A stretch of 64,000 nucleotides of DNA from a virus (lineage: Duplodnaviria > Caudoviricetes), in IMG/VR virus record IMGVR_UViG_3300014204_000169, positions 10,119-74,118 of that record. The stretch is one strand, 5' to 3'. Both the position numbers and the translations under genes were made by a program. Shown piece after piece: positions 47,224 through 56,942 of this stretch (its first letter is position 1; every line of letters starts with the position of its first letter). The notes under the pieces are model-generated. The model was not told the DNA's origin, searched no databases, and worked only from the letters and a program-made list of their open reading frames with translations.

Positions 47224-48092
47224 AACATCATTCCGATTCTATTTATCTCGTCAAATTCAATTACATGGCATCCTGCATGAATAGTGCCATTAGTTTCTAT
47301 TCTATCCACGCTGTATTGACCTATATGGAATGTTTTTCCGTTTTTGATCCATTCTATGCTGGATTCCATAACTTTGAGCACAAGAGCATATAGAAGCTTT
47401 GCATGGGTAACAGGCACATTAATGCCTTTTGACGTTTCAATATTATCATTTTTTATTCTTAGAAAGGTTTTTTCACAGTAAGGCAAACTGTTAATTTCAC
47501 CTTGTTTCCATAAGTCAATTTTTTCCTTTAGTTCCTCTTGTCTTTTTGCCTCTTGAATTTTCTCTTGTTCTTTTTGCAGTTTTAGATTCTCTTCTATTGC
47601 TAATCGAAGGGTTTTAATTTTATTTTCGTCTATCCTGTAGTCTATCCCAAAGTAATCACAAAATTGATTACATTCTTCCATTTTACTAATCATGGATCTT
47701 TCAATCCTGGTTTTATTTTTCCTTGCTCTCTTTGCCTTATTACTAAGTTCTACAATCTGTTTCTCATATTCTGTTATTTGGCATTTAATCCAAACTTCGG
47801 ATAAGTTCCCGGCGTTTTGACTTACTAAATCATGAACAGAAAAAACAAGCATGTCAGAAGGGATTGACCGGCTAACATAACTTTGATGCTTTGATGTAGA
47901 AGAAGAATAACTTTTGTCATTCCATAAAACAGCTTTGCCTTTGTCATTATTAATTATTCTGGCAATTGGAAAATGGTAACCATAAGAATAAATGGTTTTA
48001 TTCTCAAAGAACATATTAGAACCTTTGCCAGATTCTTGTTGCTCATGTATCCAAATATGTGGTAATTCCGAATTACTAAATTTAGTTTTCAT
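47220..48092 (-). CDS. Conserved phage early protein
   Basis: IYSYGYHFPIARI ... YSSSTSKHQS ... AGCHVI; GGGAG RBS. Confidence 0.75.
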   Translation of the reverse strand: MKTKFSNSELPHIWIHEQQESGKGSNMFFENKTIYSYGYHFPIARIINNDKGKAVLWNDKSYSSSTSKHQSYVSRSIPSDMLVFSVHDLVSQNAGNLSEVWIKCQITEYEKQIVELSNKAKRARKNKTRIERSMISKMEECNQFCDYFGIDYRIDENKIKTLRLAIEENLKLQKEQEKIQEAKRQEELKEKIDLWKQGEINSLPYCEKTFLRIKNDNIETSKGINVPVTHAKLLYALVLKVMESSIEWIKNGKTFHIGQYSVDRIETNGTIHAGCHVIEFDEINRIGMML

Positions 48093-48144
48093 TTTGATTA
48101 TTCTCCCATTGATTTTCTGTTAGTTTACTAAATTATCCTAAGTA

Positions 48145-48339
48145 TTACAAGCAATAATCAATAAGCTCATTCTGTCTAAATGCTACATTTTGTTCTGAGT
48201 GAGCTATTCTTGCATGAATTATTGCCCTGCCATTGTCATCATATCTGATTTTAGTAATCTCCACGAAATTTTCATACATTGGAGAATACGCCGTTTTATA
48301 TAGTTCTAGTTTGTTTACCATATTAGTAATCCCTTTCAA
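48145..48339 (-). CDS. Hypothetical protein
   Basis: ORF track. Confidence 0.6.
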   Translation of the reverse strand: MKGITNMVNKLELYKTAYSPMYENFVEITKIRYDDNGRAIIHARIAHSEQNVAFRQNELIDYCL

Positions 48340-48557
48340 ATTATCCGTTGCTTGTATTGGTCAAAATGATACCAGATACTAAAATCATCATTAGAAAGTA
48401 TTAATATTCTATTTTTCATTCTCCGATGCTTTTTCAAAGGATTGACAGGATAATTTTCTGCTATCCATTTTTCCGCTTGTTTTTTACTAATTCTATTCTT
48501 GTAAAAATTATTTACTAATGTTTCCATGGTTTTGATGCTTTCGATTCTTGATGCCAT
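48336..48557 (-). CDS. Hypothetical protein
   Basis: ORF track. Confidence 0.65.
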   Translation of the reverse strand: MASRIESIKTMETLVNNFYKNRISKKQAEKWIAENYPVNPLKKHRRMKNRILILSNDDFSIWYHFDQYKQRII

Positions 48558-48584
48558 AGTATTCTTATCCTTTCTGATTAGTAA

Positions 48585-48959
48585 TTAATCTTCATATCCG
48601 AATCTATCACATACAGTCATGCTTAATGCTTCGGCATGATTATCCCGATAATCCAACTGTATAAGGCTATAATCATCGAAGTATTCTTGATCGGTATCAC
48701 CTTGCCTTAAAGTTAAAAATCCCATGAGGGTCTTTATACACTCATTAGAATCTATTGCATGAGATGGACTACAAAAAAAGTCATTACCATTAAATACTTC
48801 AATGGTTTTTTTATTCTCATGCATACTTAGGCTATAGCCTATTCTTTCCTTACCGTGGGAATAATCATAGCCTAATGCATAAGTTATTAAAGTAAATGTT
48901 GGGCCCATATTTTTACGATAGGGACGAAAATAACATTTTTTGAGATATTTTTGTTGCAT
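48585..48959 (-). CDS. Conserved phage early protein
   Basis: ORF track; FLTLRQGDTDQEYF. Confidence 0.7.
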   Translation of the reverse strand: MQQKYLKKCYFRPYRKNMGPTFTLITYALGYDYSHGKERIGYSLSMHENKKTIEVFNGNDFFCSPSHAIDSNECIKTLMGFLTLRQGDTDQEYFDDYSLIQLDYRDNHAEALSMTVCDRFGYED

Positions 48960-48962
48960 TGA

Positions 48963-49274
48963 TTAGCTTTTCAATGCCGGATTTTTATATTCTACTATTC
49001 CGAATTCGCTACCATTAATTATTAATTTTGACCCATATACATTTCTCCAATTTCTAACAAAGTTTTTTAAAACAGTATAACTTGCAAAGTTTGTCTCAAA
49101 AGAACACCCATTAGTAAACAGAATGCAAAGTTTGCCTTCATAATTGCTAATAGCATCCATTGCTAGAATTTTGATGATATTCTTACTAACATAGCGCCGA
49201 ATTCCAGCAAGGTTTTTACTACGTTGAATTATAAAACCTTGGGAATTCCTAATTACATTCATTTCATCCTGCAT
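48963..49274 (-). CDS. Hypothetical protein
   Basis: ORF track. Confidence 0.7.
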   Translation of the reverse strand: MQDEMNVIRNSQGFIIQRSKNLAGIRRYVSKNIIKILAMDAISNYEGKLCILFTNGCSFETNFASYTVLKNFVRNWRNVYGSKLIINGSEFGIVEYKNPALKS

Positions 49275-49367
49275 GATATTCTATCCTTTCAAGTTTAGTA
49301 ATTAATCCAAAACTTTATAGCATTAGTAATCTAAAATATTTTTAGGCTAACACTATAAAGTTAAAAA

Positions 49368-49607
49368 TTAATCCTCTTGTGTCAAGGTTCCGAGATATTC
49401 TTTATATATTTCTCCATTCTTTAGTAATGTTACAGGTTCGCCACTTGCTCTGCTACAATTCCCTTTGGATAGCCTAATTCCCTGATTATATTCTTTTATT
49501 GCTTGAAATCCATTAGTACCAGAATAGATGGTACCGATATTACCTATAATTGTTTCCCATTGATTTTTCATATTAGTAACTCCTATTAGTAAATGGTTTA
49601 ATAACAA
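49368..49607 (-). CDS. Hypothetical protein (start probably MKNQW)
   Basis: ORF track; AGGAG RBS. Confidence 0.6.
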   Translation of the reverse strand: MLLNHLLIGVTNMKNQWETIIGNIGTIYSGTNGFQAIKEYNQGIRLSKGNCSRASGEPVTLLKNGEIYKEYLGTLTQED

Positions 49608-49834
49608 TAATTTTCATAATACAATCGTCCCAGCGCTTCTGTTAATGTAGTGCCATAACTGGTAGTCACTTGAACTTTTGCAAAAGTTCTAATATGTAAT
49701 GAACAGCAATATTGTTTGCTTGCGGAATAATATTCTATGTGTACTGCACCCATAGTTAATAATGCATCTAAAAATTCCATAATTTTATTCTCCAGTGAAT
49801 GATATTGTGTAGCATTCTGGTAAAGGTAGCTCAA
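49598..49834 (-). CDS. Hypothetical protein
   Basis: ORF track. Confidence 0.5.
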   Translation of the reverse strand: MSYLYQNATQYHSLENKIMEFLDALLTMGAVHIEYYSASKQYCCSLHIRTFAKVQVTTSYGTTLTEALGRLYYENYCY

Positions 49835-49976
49835 TTAATCCCCATGATGTTAATACAGCCGAATCACTAGCATGTTGAAAATGCCTACTAATTACTTTTT
49901 TGTTTACATCGAGAAATAGTGTAAAGCCATTGAGCGTTTTTATAAAGTAATGTGCCATTTTATTCATCCCTTTCAA
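49785..49976 (-). CDS. Hypothetical protein
   Basis: ORF track. Confidence 0.5.
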   Translation of the reverse strand: MKGMNKMAHYFIKTLNGFTLFLDVNKKVISRHFQHASDSAVLTSWGLIELPLPECYTISFTGE

Positions 49977-50048
49977 TTTAGTTTAATAAAAACTGTTAAT
50001 CTATCGGCCTAAATTACTAATAGGCCGATAAACAAACAATTTACTAAA

Positions 50049-50246
50049 CTAAGTTAATTCCTCCCATGCTAGCGCAAAATCAGTTTGAAAAACTATATAG
50101 TGTAATTTTTCTACATATGTACCATTCAAAGCGTTTTTATATTCTTGAATTATTTTGTTATTCTTGTATAAAAAGGCTTTTCTTACTAACTTTATCTGCT
50201 TTTCTTCTGATAATTCTTTGAAAGTCTCAAATTTATTAATGTTCAT
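50049..50246 (-). CDS. Hypothetical protein
   Basis: ORF track; GAGGTG RBS. Confidence 0.65.
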   Translation of the reverse strand: MNINKFETFKELSEEKQIKLVRKAFLYKNNKIIQEYKNALNGTYVEKLHYIVFQTDFALAWEELT

Positions 50247-50677
50247 TATTTCACCTCTTTATTCTTGATTGTTCGAGCGAATATCTCAGAGATATTAACT
50301 AGTTTGTCGTTATATTCGATCATAAATGAACTGGTAAATGCCGAATGGTACTTTCCACCAATACTGACAAAGCCCTCCAATTCATATCCAGATTGCCCTA
50401 CATGGTTCAAAGTACGCAATCCATAAACCCGCAATTTAGTATAATATGGTTCATAGTGGGAATTATCTATGCTGTTTTCATCCTGTTGGGTAGCACAGGC
50501 TTGAAATTTACTAATAATTCCCCATGGCCCCCTTGTTTCAATTTTTCCAGGTATGTCATCTTGTGCCGGATTAGTAAAATTCAGTCCAATAGTTTTCCAG
50601 ATAGGACTATCAATATTATCTGGTATCCAGGTGGAGCTAGGCCATACTCTATGACATGTAGTAAAATTTTCTTTCAT
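50246..50677 (-). CDS. Hypothetical protein
   Basis: ORF track. Confidence 0.7.
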   Translation of the reverse strand: MKENFTTCHRVWPSSTWIPDNIDSPIWKTIGLNFTNPAQDDIPGKIETRGPWGIISKFQACATQQDENSIDNSHYEPYYTKLRVYGLRTLNHVGQSGYELEGFVSIGGKYHSAFTSSFMIEYNDKLVNISEIFARTIKNKEVK

Positions 50678-50723
50678 TGTGGCTCTCTTTCATATTACTA
50701 AATGTTAAATTTGCCTTTAATTT

Positions 50724-50763
50724 TATAACACATGTTATAGCAGGTGTTATAACACATGTTATA
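50724..50763. promoter_or_regulatory. Tandem palindromic operator-like sites
   Basis: TATAACACATGTTATA at 50724-50739 and 50748-50763. Confidence 0.55.
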
Positions 50764-51116
50764 TAAACCAAAATTTACTAATAATTTCATAACAATTACA
50801 TTAATAGGCTCATAAACAAACAAGAACAATCAACACTAAAGCTTATAAGACTATTAATAGGATAGTCAGAGTATTTAATAGGTAGAGTAGAGGTATTAAA
50901 GAGTATAACTACTCTACCTGTATATGTAATGTATGGTTTATGTGTGTTTTGCTCCTTATATTGTGTGTTATTTTATTAATTTTACGCTTTGAGCCATGCT
51001 CATTACGTTGTTTTTATTAATAATACGTTGTTTTGCGTTATCCGACCAACGCTATTCTTAGTAAACTATTCTTACTAAAAATAGATTACTAAATAAAAAG
51101 GTTAAAAATTACTAAA

Positions 51117-51335
51117 CTATTTGTAAACCGTGGTAAAAACAGTTCTATCCGGTTTATCCTGATAAATGTTAGTAAAAAATACTTCAATTCAAATCATACG
51201 ATTGGCAAATTGTTCCCCAATACCATAACGCAATAGGCTCTTAATTGATTTATACTCGCTTCTGAGCATTCGATTATTTATGCCTACTTCATCATATGTG
51301 CCATCGGCGTTTTGTCTTGTGATAATTGCCTTCAT
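51117..51335 (-). pseudogene. 72-codon ORF with one in-frame TGA
   Basis: GGGAGGGG RBS; MKAIITRQ...NRMI*IEVFFTNIYQ...; TGA at 51189-51191. Confidence 0.55.
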
Positions 51336-51365
51336 TGTTTTCCCCTCCCAAAATTACTAAACTAA

Positions 51366-51596
51366 TTAGGCATAATATTCTGATATCCTGCAATTGGTAG
51401 CATCTACCCAACGTATGCTAGTTCTCTCATGGGATAACCATGGTGGAATCTCAACAAGTGCAAACAATATGCCTTTTTGAGTCTTTACCTGGTAAACTTT
51501 TAGTTTTTCTTCTTGCATTGTTCCTGATATCGGTCGGAACAAAAAAAGGTTTCCAGATTGTTTTAGTAATTTATTAATAGCTTTCGCTGTTTTCAT
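51366..51596 (-). CDS. Hypothetical early protein
   Basis: ORF track; GGAGGT RBS. Confidence 0.7.
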   Translation of the reverse strand: MKTAKAINKLLKQSGNLFLFRPISGTMQEEKLKVYQVKTQKGILFALVEIPPWLSHERTSIRWVDATNCRISEYYA

Positions 51597-51615
51597 TTCT
51601 TGACCTCCAAAATTA

Positions 51616-51774
51616 CTAAACTATATGCAGTATTCCCAATTCCAGCATTTTGGAAAAGGATCGTAGGGACATGAAAAACAAGGCACAATTAAAGCCAGAA
51701 GAGCAATAGACTTTATCTTCTGATACTGTAAGGCCATAAATGGTGCAATCGTTCTTATATCTAGCCGCAAACAT
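51616..51774 (-). CDS. Hypothetical 52-aa early protein
   Basis: Read by eye: MFAARYKNDCTIYG...; AAGGAGA RBS. Confidence 0.55.
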   Translation of the reverse strand: MFAARYKNDCTIYGLTVSEDKVYCSSGFNCALFFMSLRSFSKMLELGILHIV

Positions 51775-51999
51775 GGTTTATCTCCTTTGATTTAGTTTAT
51801 TAAAAAAGCACTCTATAGAATGCACAAGCTTTATAGCGTATGCACTCTAACAATGCTTTTCAGTTCATATAACCTCGCTTTTTAGTTTACTAAACAATCA
51901 AGTCTATACAGGTTAAAGTCGCATAATATCACCTCCAATTAGTTTAATAAATTAATTCAACATATATGCGCTCAAATTACTAAGCGCATAAATGCGGAA

Positions 52000-52176
52000 T
52001 TAATTATTAATATAATAATCGTACGCTATTGACGCTGTCTTAACTGATATATTGCATTTTTTTGCAGCAATGGCAATTTCTGATTTTTTAGGATGAAATG
52101 GTTTATGGTTTATAGGCATTTCTTGTGCAACGGAACGCCCTTGATACCATTTTTTTCTTTCTTCTATTGTAGGCAT
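52000..52176 (-). CDS. First early gene, 58 aa, possible HTH
   Basis: Read by eye: ...IAIAAKKCNISVKTASIAYDY; GAGGA RBS. Confidence 0.55.
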   Translation of the reverse strand: MPTIEERKKWYQGRSVAQEMPINHKPFHPKKSEIAIAAKKCNISVKTASIAYDYYINN

Positions 52177-52225
52177 TGTCTTATCCTCTCTTTATCTATC
52201 GTCATTAACTCTCAATCACATTATT

Positions 52226-52254
52226 ATAATAATTGATTTATATAATTGTGTCAA
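52226..52254 (-). promoter_or_regulatory. Strong sigma70-type early promoter
   Basis: TTGACA-17-TATTAT with AT-rich upstream element; heads leftward early block. Confidence 0.8.
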
Positions 52255-52412
52255 TACTTATTTCATTAAATAATGCATTTTTATTTGATTAATTTATTAA
52301 ATTAATTTGGTCCTAATCGCTTGACTTCTTTCCTGTCCTATGAGTCATTATTTCATTAAATGAAACATTGTCACGTTCACAAGACATATCATTTAATACA
52401 ATATTGCATATC

Positions 52413-52483
52413 ATCCCATTTACTAAACTAATATGCAAACGTGCTTTCAGCACGCATACGCACATATCCCATTTACTAAACTA
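52413..52483. repeat. 18-bp direct repeat
   Basis: ATCCCATTTACTAAACTA at 52413-52430 and 52466-52483. Confidence 0.85.
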
Positions 52484-52987
52484 CCACAGAACATGACACT
52501 AAACATACCTGCATACATACAGTAGGCATAGGTAGTTCATAGCCTATTAGTTTACTAAATCAAATTTACTAAAATAATACACAACAAGACATTCATTATA
52601 CTGCATTCATAGTGTGGAACCCTATTCTGTTATGTTGCAATCTCACCCCACCCCCCGGCCTATTGGCGGATGGGGTTGTGTGGAGGGGTGCCATGACGTC
52701 CGAAATATTACTAATTAAAATTTACTAAAAATACTAATATCGTTTACTAAACTAAATTGAATAATCGTGCAGGACACACAGAATATAAAAGCGCTGATTA
52801 TAAACAACGTGATTTCACTACACAGTACAAAACACTAATAACGTGTGGAACGCGATAGTATTAATATATATTCAAAAAATATTACTAAAAATTTTATTAA
52901 GAAAACACAAAAATAGGTTACTAAAACAACAATAACCCTTTACTATCTCTACTAGTGTATTTACTGTTGTTAATTTTTAGTATTTTA

Positions 52988-53176
52988 TTAATAATCAGTT
53001 CTACTGGCTTCTGGGTAATAATGTTTTGGTATAATTCTGATTGTAGTATATTTTTTACCTTCTTTTACTAATTTATCAATAAACTCTTTACTAAATGTCA
53101 CATAAGTAAAATGATTTGGTTTTTTGTTATAACAATCAGTTGAATTATCTTTTCTCATAAATCCTCCAATAATCAT
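52988..53176 (-). CDS. Hypothetical protein (start probably MRKDN)
   Basis: ORF track; GGAGG RBS. Confidence 0.5.
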   Translation of the reverse strand: MIIGGFMRKDNSTDCYNKKPNHFTYVTFSKEFIDKLVKEGKKYTTIRIIPKHYYPEASRTDY

Positions 53177-53286
53177 TATATCATAACTCTTCTGTAATGG
53201 GTTCTATCAGTAATACCATACAATGAGCCAATAATAAGTTTATATAGGCTTAGAATTGATTATACAAGGGATAAAGTGCTAATAAG

Positions 53287-53316
53287 TTGACAATTATCCT
53301 GAACAATGAGTAATAT
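53287..53316 (+). promoter_or_regulatory. Sigma70-type rightward promoter
   Basis: TTGACA-18-TAATAT ahead of + strand block. Confidence 0.5.
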
Positions 53317-53357
53317 TGAGCTGGAATATGAATTAATTACTATTTAAGAGGTTAATT

Positions 53358-53579
53358 ATGGATGTAGGTAGAATAAATTTTAGTAATAACTCAAATTATT
53401 TATGTTGTAGAGGTTTAGTAAATTGTATGGAGAAATCTAAACCTGAGACTATTACAGTGGAATGTAATTCTGAAAACAGTAGACAGATAAAAGAGATATT
53501 TAGTAATCTGCAAGTACCTGTAATTACTAAAAGGAGAAATAATCATGGAAGACACAATTACTATACAACAAGTTATTGA
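53358..53579 (+). CDS. Hypothetical protein
   Basis: ORF track; GAGGT RBS. Confidence 0.5.
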   Translation: MDVGRINFSNNSNYLCCRGLVNCMEKSKPETITVECNSENSRQIKEIFSNLQVPVITKRRNNHGRHNYYTTSY

Positions 53580-53844
53580 TTTAATGAATGAGGCACTTAA
53601 TTTGGATAGAGAAGCTATTACTAATTTAGTGCGCACAAGAGTTGTCTGTAATAAAGCTCTTACAGAGCACCCTACTATTCAGGTTGGGGGAGAAGATCCT
53701 AATATTGGTGAAGTTGGACTATTGGGAATAATAAATGGTTTATTTAGTAAAACTAAAGGTGGTTGGGGTAAAATATGCACTATCTCTGAAAATGGCTTTA
53801 TTGAAAGGTTCTCATTGACTGAAAAAGAAACAAAAGGAAAATAA
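53545..53844 (+). CDS. Conserved phage hypothetical protein
   Basis: LMNEALNLDREAITNLV...HPTIQV; AAGGAG RBS. Confidence 0.75.
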   Translation: MEDTITIQQVIDLMNEALNLDREAITNLVRTRVVCNKALTEHPTIQVGGEDPNIGEVGLLGIINGLFSKTKGGWGKICTISENGFIERFSLTEKETKGK

Positions 53845-53846
53845 TC

Positions 53847-54032
53847 ATGGAAATTACTATAAAGCTATCAACTGGAAAAGAAGTTAAAGTCACTCTTGCT
53901 GAATTAAGAGAATTAAGTGAAATGTTTACTGTAAATAGTAAAGGGGAAGAAACACTTACTATAAAAAATACTATGGGCAATACTTACCATGATTCCTCTC
54001 GTTGGTGGGGACAGAAAGAAGTAGTATTATGA
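53847..54032 (+). CDS. Hypothetical protein
   Basis: ORF track. Confidence 0.6.
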   Translation: MEITIKLSTGKEVKVTLAELRELSEMFTVNSKGEETLTIKNTMGNTYHDSSRWWGQKEVVL

Positions 54033-54409
54033 ATATAAGAATAAAAAGAGTGGGTATTACTAATGCAGGTTGCTTTGGTGTGTTACTAATAAATGAGATA
54101 CCAATCTGCGTTACTCTGGAACACACGTATGAGAATAATTTAGTAAAAATACCAGTTGGAGAATATAAATGTACTAAATCTCATTACCATAAAGGTGGGT
54201 ATAACACTTATGAGATAAAAGTTCCAGGGCATGAAAGAATCCTGTTTCATAAAGGTAATGTTGAAAATGATCTTGATGGTTGTATTGCAATTGGTGAGAA
54301 TTTTGGATTTATTAATAATCAACCAGCCATACTACAAAGTGGGAATGGTTTTATAGAATTTATTACTAAACTAAATGGTGTAAATGAGTTTTTACTAAAA
54401 GTTGAATAA
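54029..54409 (+). CDS. DUF5675-family protein (L,D-peptidase-like endolysin candidate)
   Basis: GVLL...CVTLE...KIPVGEY...ILFHKGN...DGCIAIG. Confidence 0.75.
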   Translation: MNIRIKRVGITNAGCFGVLLINEIPICVTLEHTYENNLVKIPVGEYKCTKSHYHKGGYNTYEIKVPGHERILFHKGNVENDLDGCIAIGENFGFINNQPAILQSGNGFIEFITKLNGVNEFLLKVE

Positions 54410-54532
54410 AGGAGAAATAATCATGTGTAAACAAGGAACATATGAAACAGTATTTTTACATCTTCCAAATAATTATATTAGGAAACTTACTACTATACCT
54501 CCAGTACCACCTAAAAAGAGGTCTATTTAATT

Positions 54533-55270
54533 ATGACAGTATCACTTACTAAAACAATGAAACTTACCAAATTACTGGCAAGACATGCTCCTGGTGCTAG
54601 AACAATAATAAGGAAAAGAAAACTAAAGAGAACTAGATTTAATAAAGATGGGCATGAACCATTACTACCCCCAGCTAAAGGGGCATTCGGTGAAAAGGGT
54701 GATCCAAATAAAGAATCCATGTATGACAAAAAATATCATCCAAGATTACTATATCGTCTTGCACTACTAGGACATACTGATAAAGAAATGTGTGTAGTAA
54801 TTGATGTCCCTCATACTACATTAAAAAACTGGTTGATAGTTCATCCTGAAACAAGATTAGCAATTAGTAAAGGTAGAGAACAGGCAGATGCTAAAGTAGC
54901 ACAGGCATTATATAGATCTGCAATCGGCTGGGGCCATCTTGAAGAAGAGATAGTAACTCGTAAAATAAAAACTGTTGATGAAAAAGGTGTAGTAACAGAG
55001 GATTTGAAAATACTAAGAATTCCAGTTAGAAAGAAATTTCCTCCAAATGTTCATGCTGCTGAATACTGGATGAATAATAGACAAAGAGGTAAATGGGGTA
55101 GATCTGAATCAAAAGAAACTCCACCACCTGTTTCTGTTACATTTAATTTAGGTTCACTTACTACAGAGGAATTACGAATTGCTCAAAAACTTGGGCAGGG
55201 AAAAATAGTAAAACAAATTGAAGCTGGGTTTATAGAAGCAGAGGCAACCGATGTTACGAACGAGAACTAA
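54533..55270 (+). CDS. terS: Terminase small subunit
   Basis: HTH (HTDKEMCVVIDVPHTTLKNW), ADAKVAQALYRSAIG, PPNVHAAEYWMNNRQ; precedes TerL. Confidence 0.85.
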   Translation: MTVSLTKTMKLTKLLARHAPGARTIIRKRKLKRTRFNKDGHEPLLPPAKGAFGEKGDPNKESMYDKKYHPRLLYRLALLGHTDKEMCVVIDVPHTTLKNWLIVHPETRLAISKGREQADAKVAQALYRSAIGWGHLEEEIVTRKIKTVDEKGVVTEDLKILRIPVRKKFPPNVHAAEYWMNNRQRGKWGRSESKETPPPVSVTFNLGSLTTEELRIAQKLGQGKIVKQIEAGFIEAEATDVTNEN

Positions 55271-56942
55271 TAGTAGTAATAAATTAATAAGAGAAAAAAA
55301 GTTATTTGGCCCAAAGCTTCATCTGGGTCCAGTAAAGAAACATTCCAAATTCAGAAGGAAAAGAGGTAGATGGCCTGTAGAACCAACAGGCTTTGTACCT
55401 GAGTCTGAGGAAACAGATTTATCTGAAGTTGATGAATCCTTTTTAGATGAACCTGAAGTAGTAAATGACAAGGAGAAAGTATTTCAGTTTGCTGTTGAAA
55501 ATTCTTTAGCCGTTACAAAAGCTTTAGTGCAAAGAGAATTTACTGATTTTGTAAAGTATTTCTGGGATTGTGTTAGTCATGATGAACTTCACTGGAACTG
55601 GCACATGGATGTTATCTCAGAACAATTGATGCTTATTGCTAAACAAGTAGCAATAATGAAACCTAAGTTGTATGATTTATTAGTAAATGTACCTCCAGGA
55701 ATGACTAAATCAGTGTTAATTACTATAATGTTCCCTGTTTGGTGCTGGCTCCCTGAGAACTGGCCCTGGATGAAGTTTATTTGTGCCTCATATGGTGCTG
55801 ATTTATCTCTTGAACAGTCAGATTTGTCTAGAGATTTAATAAAATCACCTAAATTTAAGCAAATGTTCCCTGAAATACAGATAAGAGAGGATAAAAATAC
55901 TAAATCTAATTATAAAATACAGTATTTAGATGGTAAAGGCCACATGCGTAATGGTGGTGCTAGATTTAGTACATCTGTAGGTGGAACTGTTACAGGTATG
56001 CATGGGCATATACTAATTGTTGATGACCCACTAAAACCTGATGAAGCTGTTTCTGAGAAAGGACTAAAAACAGCAAATAGTTGGATGGATCAAACACTTA
56101 GTATGAGAAAAGTTGATAAAGAGATTGTACCTACTATTACAGTAATGCAGAGATTGCATGAAGATGACCCTGCTGGGCATATGCTGGCTAAGAAGAAAGC
56201 TAATCTCTATCACATATGTCTTCCTGGGGAATTAGGGGAATATGAGAAATATGTAAAACCATCAGAATTAGTAAAGAGATATAAAAATGGTTTATTAGAT
56301 GAAAAGAGATTATCAAGGAAAGCTTTAGAAGAGTCTTTAGTAAATTTAGGTCAATATGGGTATGCAGGACAGATTGGGCAGAATCCTGTTCCTCCAGGTG
56401 GAGGTATGTTTCAAGTAGAGATGTTCCAGATAATAGATGTAAAGCCTCATATTACTCAGACTATACGTGCGTGGGACAAAGCAGGTTCCGAAAGTTCTGG
56501 GGCATATACTGCTGGTGTAAAGATGTCTAGGCTTACTAATGGTAAATTTTTAATAGAAGATGTAAAGAGAAAACAATTAGCAGCATATCAACGTGAAAGA
56601 TTAATGAGGTCTACTGCTGAAGCTGATGGTAAAGATGTAATAGTGTTTCATGAAATAGAACCTGGATCGGGGGGTAAAGATTCTGCAAAAGCAACTACAC
56701 TTAATCTTGCTGGATTTAATGTGATCGCAGAACGCCCTACAGGGGATAAAATATTTCGTGCAGATCCTTATTCAGTACAAGTGAATGAAGGTAATGTATT
56801 ATTAATGCGTGGTGAGTGGAATAAAGATTTTATTAATGAACATCAGATATTTCCATTTGGGAAGTTTAAGGATCAGGTTGATGCTTCTTCTGCTGCATTT
56901 AATAAGTTAGCACAGAAGCGTATGGTAAGAAGAATATATTGA
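55251..56942 (+). CDS. terL: Terminase large subunit
   Basis: VPPGMTKS Walker A, ILIVDDP Walker B, VMQRLHEDD, AWDKAG and DQVDA nuclease motifs. Confidence 0.95.
   Translation: MLRTRTNSSNKLIREKKLFGPKLHLGPVKKHSKFRRKRGRWPVEPTGFVPESEETDLSEVDESFLDEPEVVNDKEKVFQFAVENSLAVTKALVQREFTDFVKYFWDCVSHDELHWNWHMDVISEQLMLIAKQVAIMKPKLYDLLVNVPPGMTKSVLITIMFPVWCWLPENWPWMKFICASYGADLSLEQSDLSRDLIKSPKFKQMFPEIQIREDKNTKSNYKIQYLDGKGHMRNGGARFSTSVGGTVTGMHGHILIVDDPLKPDEAVSEKGLKTANSWMDQTLSMRKVDKEIVPTITVMQRLHEDDPAGHMLAKKKANLYHICLPGELGEYEKYVKPSELVKRYKNGLLDEKRLSRKALEESLVNLGQYGYAGQIGQNPVPPGGGMFQVEMFQIIDVKPHITQTIRAWDKAGSESSGAYTAGVKMSRLTNGKFLIEDVKRKQLAAYQRERLMRSTAEADGKDVIVFHEIEPGSGGKDSAKATTLNLAGFNVIAERPTGDKIFRADPYSVQVNEGNVLLMRGEWNKDFINEHQIFPFGKFKDQVDASSAAFNKLAQKRMVRRIY

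Noticed and set aside
50700-52960. Possible CRISPR or mini-array from recurring TTACTAAACTA
   Set aside because: Repeats are only 7-18 bp, irregularly spaced, with no uniform spacers and no cas genes
9233-54425. Recurring GGAGAA(A)TAATC before several start codons
   Set aside because: Explained as a preferred Shine-Dalgarno plus spacer
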